From contig CAWJRG010000011.1 in the NCBI GenBank assembly GCA_963845185.1, forward strand, positions 96,001 to 160,000: a stretch of 64,000 nucleotides of DNA. The letters are read 5' to 3'. The stretch comes from an uncultured bacterium (GTDB lineage: Bacteria > Oederibacteriota > PGYV01 > CAWJRG01). The notes beneath the pieces were generated by a model. That model was not told where the DNA came from. It worked only from the letters and a program-made list of their open reading frames with translations, and did no database searches. The position numbers and the translations under genes were made by a program. This document shows positions 60,362 through 64,000 of this stretch, one piece after another; within the stretch, counting starts at the first letter, position 1, and every line of letters starts with the position of its first letter.

Positions 60362-61237
60362 TTAATATATGACTTTATTCAGCGGGTATTCGATTATATC
60401 TTCTGCGCCTTTTTGTTTTAAAAGCGGTATTAATGTCCTTACCTTTGCCTCGTCAATGACAACCTCGATTGCCGCCCATTTGTCCTTTTCGCCTATCAGG
60501 TAAGACACCGTAGGCCTCTTTAAAGCAGGCAGGATCTCAAGTATCGCGTTTAAGTTTCTTTGCGCCACATTCAGTTTCAGCCCTACTTTTTCTTCGGCGT
60601 TCAGCGCGCCTTTTAAAAGCATCATTACGGTCTGTATTTTTTGCTTTATCCATGCGTTCCTCATGGCTTTTTTGTTTGCTATCATGACAGTAGTAGACAC
60701 CATAACTGTATCAATAATTCTCAGGTTGTTCGCGGCAAGCGACGAGCCGGTTTCCGTAAGTTCAACAATGGCGTCTGCCAGGTAAGGCGGCTTTGCCTCG
60801 GTTGCGCCCCATGAAAATTCAACTGTTGCTTTAACTTTGTTCTTTTTCAAATAGTCTTTCGTTGTGTTTACAAGTTCAGTCGCTATCCTTTTGCCCTGCA
60901 AATCCTTGACTGTTTTTATCTTTGAATCATTTAGCGCTGCGAGTACCCATTTTACAGGCCGGAGCCCCTGCTTACCATAAACAAGCTTGTCAACGATTTC
61001 AACAGCTACCCTACTTTCTTTTACCCAGTCCTCGCCTGTCAGCCCGGCGTCAAATACACCCTCGTTGACATACCTGGCCATTTCCTGCGCGCGCACCAGG
61101 GTCAGGGAGATTTCAGCGTCGTCAATGGACGGATAATAGCTCCTGTTTGTCATCTTTATGGAAAAACCCGCTTTTTTAAAAATATTAAAAGTTGATTCCT
61201 GCAGGCTTCCTTTTGGTAATCCTAATCTCAAAATCAT
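60362..61237 (-). CDS. hisG: ATP phosphoribosyltransferase (long form)
   Basis: [31 protein letters not shown]-terminal regulatory domain; start moved to MILRL (SD GGAGG). Confidence 0.97.
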   Translation of the reverse strand: MILRLGLPKGSLQESTFNIFKKAGFSIKMTNRSYYPSIDDAEISLTLVRAQEMARYVNEGVFDAGLTGEDWVKESRVAVEIVDKLVYGKQGLRPVKWVLAALNDSKIKTVKDLQGKRIATELVNTTKDYLKKNKVKATVEFSWGATEAKPPYLADAIVELTETGSSLAANNLRIIDTVMVSTTVMIANKKAMRNAWIKQKIQTVMMLLKGALNAEEKVGLKLNVAQRNLNAILEILPALKRPTVSYLIGEKDKWAAIEVVIDEAKVRTLIPLLKQKGAEDIIEYPLNKVIY

Positions 61238-61249
61238 TTTTTCCTCCCA

Positions 61250-61414
61250 AGCAAGAGTTTTTTTTGCAAGCCGTCGAAGGCAGTCAAACAATCCTGTGGA
61301 TTATTTGACGAATAGTTACAATAAGTTATAATTATAAAAGCTACCCAGCAAAAATATTACTCTTGCTTGCACCCGTTCAAGTCCGAGGCTGAAAAGCCAA
61401 AGACAAGTGGTGCA
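61250..61414. repeat. copy C (expanded) of the two-hairpin element; spans most of the hisG leader
   Basis: agcaagagt/actcttgct stem, core gcacccgttcaagtccgaggc, extra 12-bp hairpin gtcaaacaatcc/ggattatttgac in the loop. Confidence 0.85.
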
Positions 61415-61433
61415 ATTTTTTCTAACAAAAAAA

Positions 61434-61462
61434 ATAATATCATAAATATAGTTTATTATCAA
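61434..61462 (-). promoter_or_regulatory. sigma70-type promoter of hisG
   Basis: TTGATA-17bp-TATTAT with extended TG. Confidence 0.55.
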
Positions 61463-61642
61463 CGATTAAATCCTTTTGATTGGAATTCCCCCAAAATTTG
61501 GTTTTCGTAGTTTTATATTTTGTTGCATTTGTATAGGAGCACTCGAGCCACAGTGATGGTCAAGCCCGCCGCTACATCAATGTAAATAATTTTACTTAAA
61601 AATTAATTTATTGATTTTTATTCAGGCAGGTATTCCTTTTTA

Positions 61643-63997
61643 TCACGAATAAAACTTTTCATCCCTCGATACTATATCAGGGTTGTTGACGTCGCCCTCT
61701 AATGTTATCCTGAGCCGTTTCTTGTCTTTCTTGTCTTCTACAGCAGGCGTTTCTTTCTTGATTTTTTCTTCCTTTTCCTCGTTTTTTAATATGGCAGAAA
61801 ATATATTTACTATCTTTGCGTCAAACTGGGTCCCTGCAAATTTCTCAAGTTCTTTTATGCTTTCCTGTATGCTCATGGCAGCCCTGTAAGGCCTGTTGGA
61901 AGTCATTGTCGAGTAAGCGTCGGCTATGCTTATTATCCTCGCGCCCAGAGGTATCTCGTCCCCGCGCAGGCCTCCGGGATAGCCCGAGCCGTTGACCCAC
62001 TCGTGGTGGCCCACGACCAGCGGCACGAGCTTTTTCAGCGATTCTATTTTTGATATTATATTCGCGCCCATCTGGGGGTGCATTTTCACCACGGCGTATT
62101 CTTCTTTGGTGAGTTTTGACGGCTTGTTTATTATATTTTCGCTTATGCCTATTTTGCCTATGTCGTGCAGCAGCGCCGCGTATTTGATATTCTCAATTTC
62201 TTCCGCCGGGAGTTTCATGGCCTCTGCCATCTTCGTGGAATATTTCATGACCGTTGTGGAATGCCCGTGGGTATAATGGTCCTTTGCGTCGACTGCCGCG
62301 GCAAGGGCGTATATGGTGTTTAGATAGTCCTCCTTGACGTCCTCGTATAAATTTACTATCTCTATCGAGCCTCCTATGTGGCTGGCAAGCACGGTCAATA
62401 GGTACAGGTCGTCCCTTTTATATTCGCCTTTTGATTTTGTCACGCATATCACGCCCATAACTTTGCCTTTCTGGTAAATTGGCGATACTATCCCGATTTT
62501 TTTAAGGTACATATTATCGGTGTCCGCATTGTAAAACCTCAATTTCGATGAATCCTTTATGAAAAGGTTCCTGTTGTTTTTATACACCCAACCGGCTATG
62601 CTGTTTTCCGCGACCTGTTTGTTGATGACATCGTCGCTTATCCCGTACTGGGCTTTTATCCGCAGCGCGTTCTTCTTGTCGACAAGCATTACGACTCCTG
62701 CCGAGGACATAAAAAGTTTTCTGATGCTCTCGGAAAGGGAGTTCCTTATTATTTCATCCATGTTGAGGGACGAGCCTATATTCAGCGTTACCTTCATGAG
62801 TTTTTCCATGCCGTCCGCTTTGCCTTTCATGTCATCGTACATGAGCCTGTTATGCAGTAACACGCCTATCTGTTCGCCCAGGATTTCAATCAATTCCATG
62901 TCGTTTTTATTGTAAATACTGACTTCCTTGTTGAATACGATTATAAGCCCCGATGTCTTCCCTTCCGAAACCAGGGGCGCGGCTATGCAGGAGCCGTCTT
63001 TTATTATCTCCTTCAGTATCGGGTCCTTTTCCCCTGACGTTTCCCTGAAAAACATCGTCTTCTTCTTTTTCAGTATGTCGTTGAATTCCGAATCCTGGTT
63101 AATCGTCCACTCATACCTGCCGCTTACCGCGTCCTGTCCTATGATATTTTTATAAACCTCCACCTTCAGGTTGCTCCTGCCTGAAGTAGTTGACAGTATT
63201 ATGCCGCCCGTGCCTTTCATGAGCGGCACTATTATGCCGAGCGCCATGTTCAGCAATTCTTCCCTTGTGTTCGCATCGTCTGCCGTCTTGTATATTTCAT
63301 GCACGGCAAGAAGGCTGATATTTTTTTTGACAAGCACCAGGTTTGTGTTCGCAAGGCTTGATGTTGCCCTCTTCACTTTTTCCTCAAGGTCAATGTTTAT
63401 TTTTTTTACCGTGTCCAGCAACTCTTCTTTTTCCGCGTTTATCTTCCTGATATCTTCATAATGCCCTGCCATCCGCTTCGCCGCCTGATTGCCGGTATAC
63501 CCCACAAACGCCAGCAAAAAAAACTGCACCAGGTAAGTATAAATTTCCGAGCTGAAAATACGCCCGTTGCTCGTAATAAGGTACATGGTCATGTAGCAGA
63601 CGCCGATTATTACAGTAAGGTAATAATAGACATACTCGATCAATACGTCAAAAATGCTGGAAAGCACTATCAAAAAGTAGATAAAAACAAGCGGGCTGCT
63701 TGATTTGCCCGTATAATAAATCCCGACAGTCGTAATAATGATGTCTATAGCGCCCGAGGCATAATATAAAGGAACAAAAACTTTCGGGTTCTTGATTAAA
63801 AAAATATAGGCAATGTTTGAAGCTACCAGGAGGGAATATAAAATTATTATCGGCACCGTGCTTAACTGCGGGTTCCGGTTGAAATAAATGATTACAATGG
63901 GCAGTACCAGGACGGCCACTACCCACCTTAACATTATATCCCTGATAAGGGATTTTTTTATTGTCGCGTTTCTTTCTTCCAGCTGGTTGCTGTCCAT
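61643..63997 (-). CDS. membrane-anchored GAF-GAF-HD-GYP cyclic dinucleotide phosphodiesterase
   Basis: N-terminal TM helices; DAKDHYTHGHS, LHDIGKIG, HHE..NGSGYP. Confidence 0.92.
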   Translation of the reverse strand: MDSNQLEERNATIKKSLIRDIMLRWVVAVLVLPIVIIYFNRNPQLSTVPIIILYSLLVASNIAYIFLIKNPKVFVPLYYASGAIDIIITTVGIYYTGKSSSPLVFIYFLIVLSSIFDVLIEYVYYYLTVIIGVCYMTMYLITSNGRIFSSEIYTYLVQFFLLAFVGYTGNQAAKRMAGHYEDIRKINAEKEELLDTVKKINIDLEEKVKRATSSLANTNLVLVKKNISLLAVHEIYKTADDANTREELLNMALGIIVPLMKGTGGIILSTTSGRSNLKVEVYKNIIGQDAVSGRYEWTINQDSEFNDILKKKKTMFFRETSGEKDPILKEIIKDGSCIAAPLVSEGKTSGLIIVFNKEVSIYNKNDMELIEILGEQIGVLLHNRLMYDDMKGKADGMEKLMKVTLNIGSSLNMDEIIRNSLSESIRKLFMSSAGVVMLVDKKNALRIKAQYGISDDVINKQVAENSIAGWVYKNNRNLFIKDSSKLRFYNADTDNMYLKKIGIVSPIYQKGKVMGVICVTKSKGEYKRDDLYLLTVLASHIGGSIEIVNLYEDVKEDYLNTIYALAAAVDAKDHYTHGHSTTVMKYSTKMAEAMKLPAEEIENIKYAALLHDIGKIGISENIINKPSKLTKEEYAVVKMHPQMGANIISKIESLKKLVPLVVGHHEWVNGSGYPGGLRGDEIPLGARIISIADAYSTMTSNRPYRAAMSIQESIKELEKFAGTQFDAKIVNIFSAILKNEEKEEKIKKETPAVEDKKDKKRLRITLEGDVNNPDIVSRDEKFYS

Positions 63998-64000
63998 TTG

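Noticed and set aside
61530..61585. GC-rich patch upstream of the hisG promoter (possible riboswitch)
   Set aside because: No recognisable aptamer consensus; at most a decayed GTAG-type REP.

Overview
Core chromosomal segment of an AT-rich bacterium, apparently diderm (SurA-like chaperones, a candidate outer-membrane barrel). All supported genes lie on the minus strand. From 1 to 20.1 kb are the complete str, S10, spc and alpha ribosomal operons (rpsL to rplQ), followed by a class II fba. From 20.4 to 25.8 kb is a tandem array of DUF2723/TMEM260-like GT-C plus TPR genes with a truncated third copy and a small HTH pseudogene. From 26 to 31.7 kb are a Zn-dependent dehydrogenase, an LsrF-like aldolase, two Opp-type ABC ATPases and an intact IS1182-family element inserted in the exact centre of a REP-like palindrome. 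From 31.7 to 43.1 kb is an 11-subunit complex I operon without nuoEFG, interrupted by a four-helix-bundle gene flanked by 7-bp repeat arrays and preceded by a polyprenyl synthetase. From 43 to 64 kb are a GT39/PA14 glycosyltransferase, secreted Thr/Pro-rich proteins, argJ/argC, three SurA-like genes, rarA, DUF1015, pgi, hisG and an HD-GYP protein. The most striking unexplained signal is an intergenic two-hairpin element of about 100-165 nt. It has three full copies and one partial copy, shows compensatory base changes, and always sits in the same orientation just upstream of the Shine-Dalgarno sequence of rplC, nuoL, hisG or rplQ. nuoN and rarA each carry a 1-nt homopolymer frameshift, probably a sequencing artefact. 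No rRNA, tRNA or CRISPR array was seen. All calls were made by eye; no searches were run.
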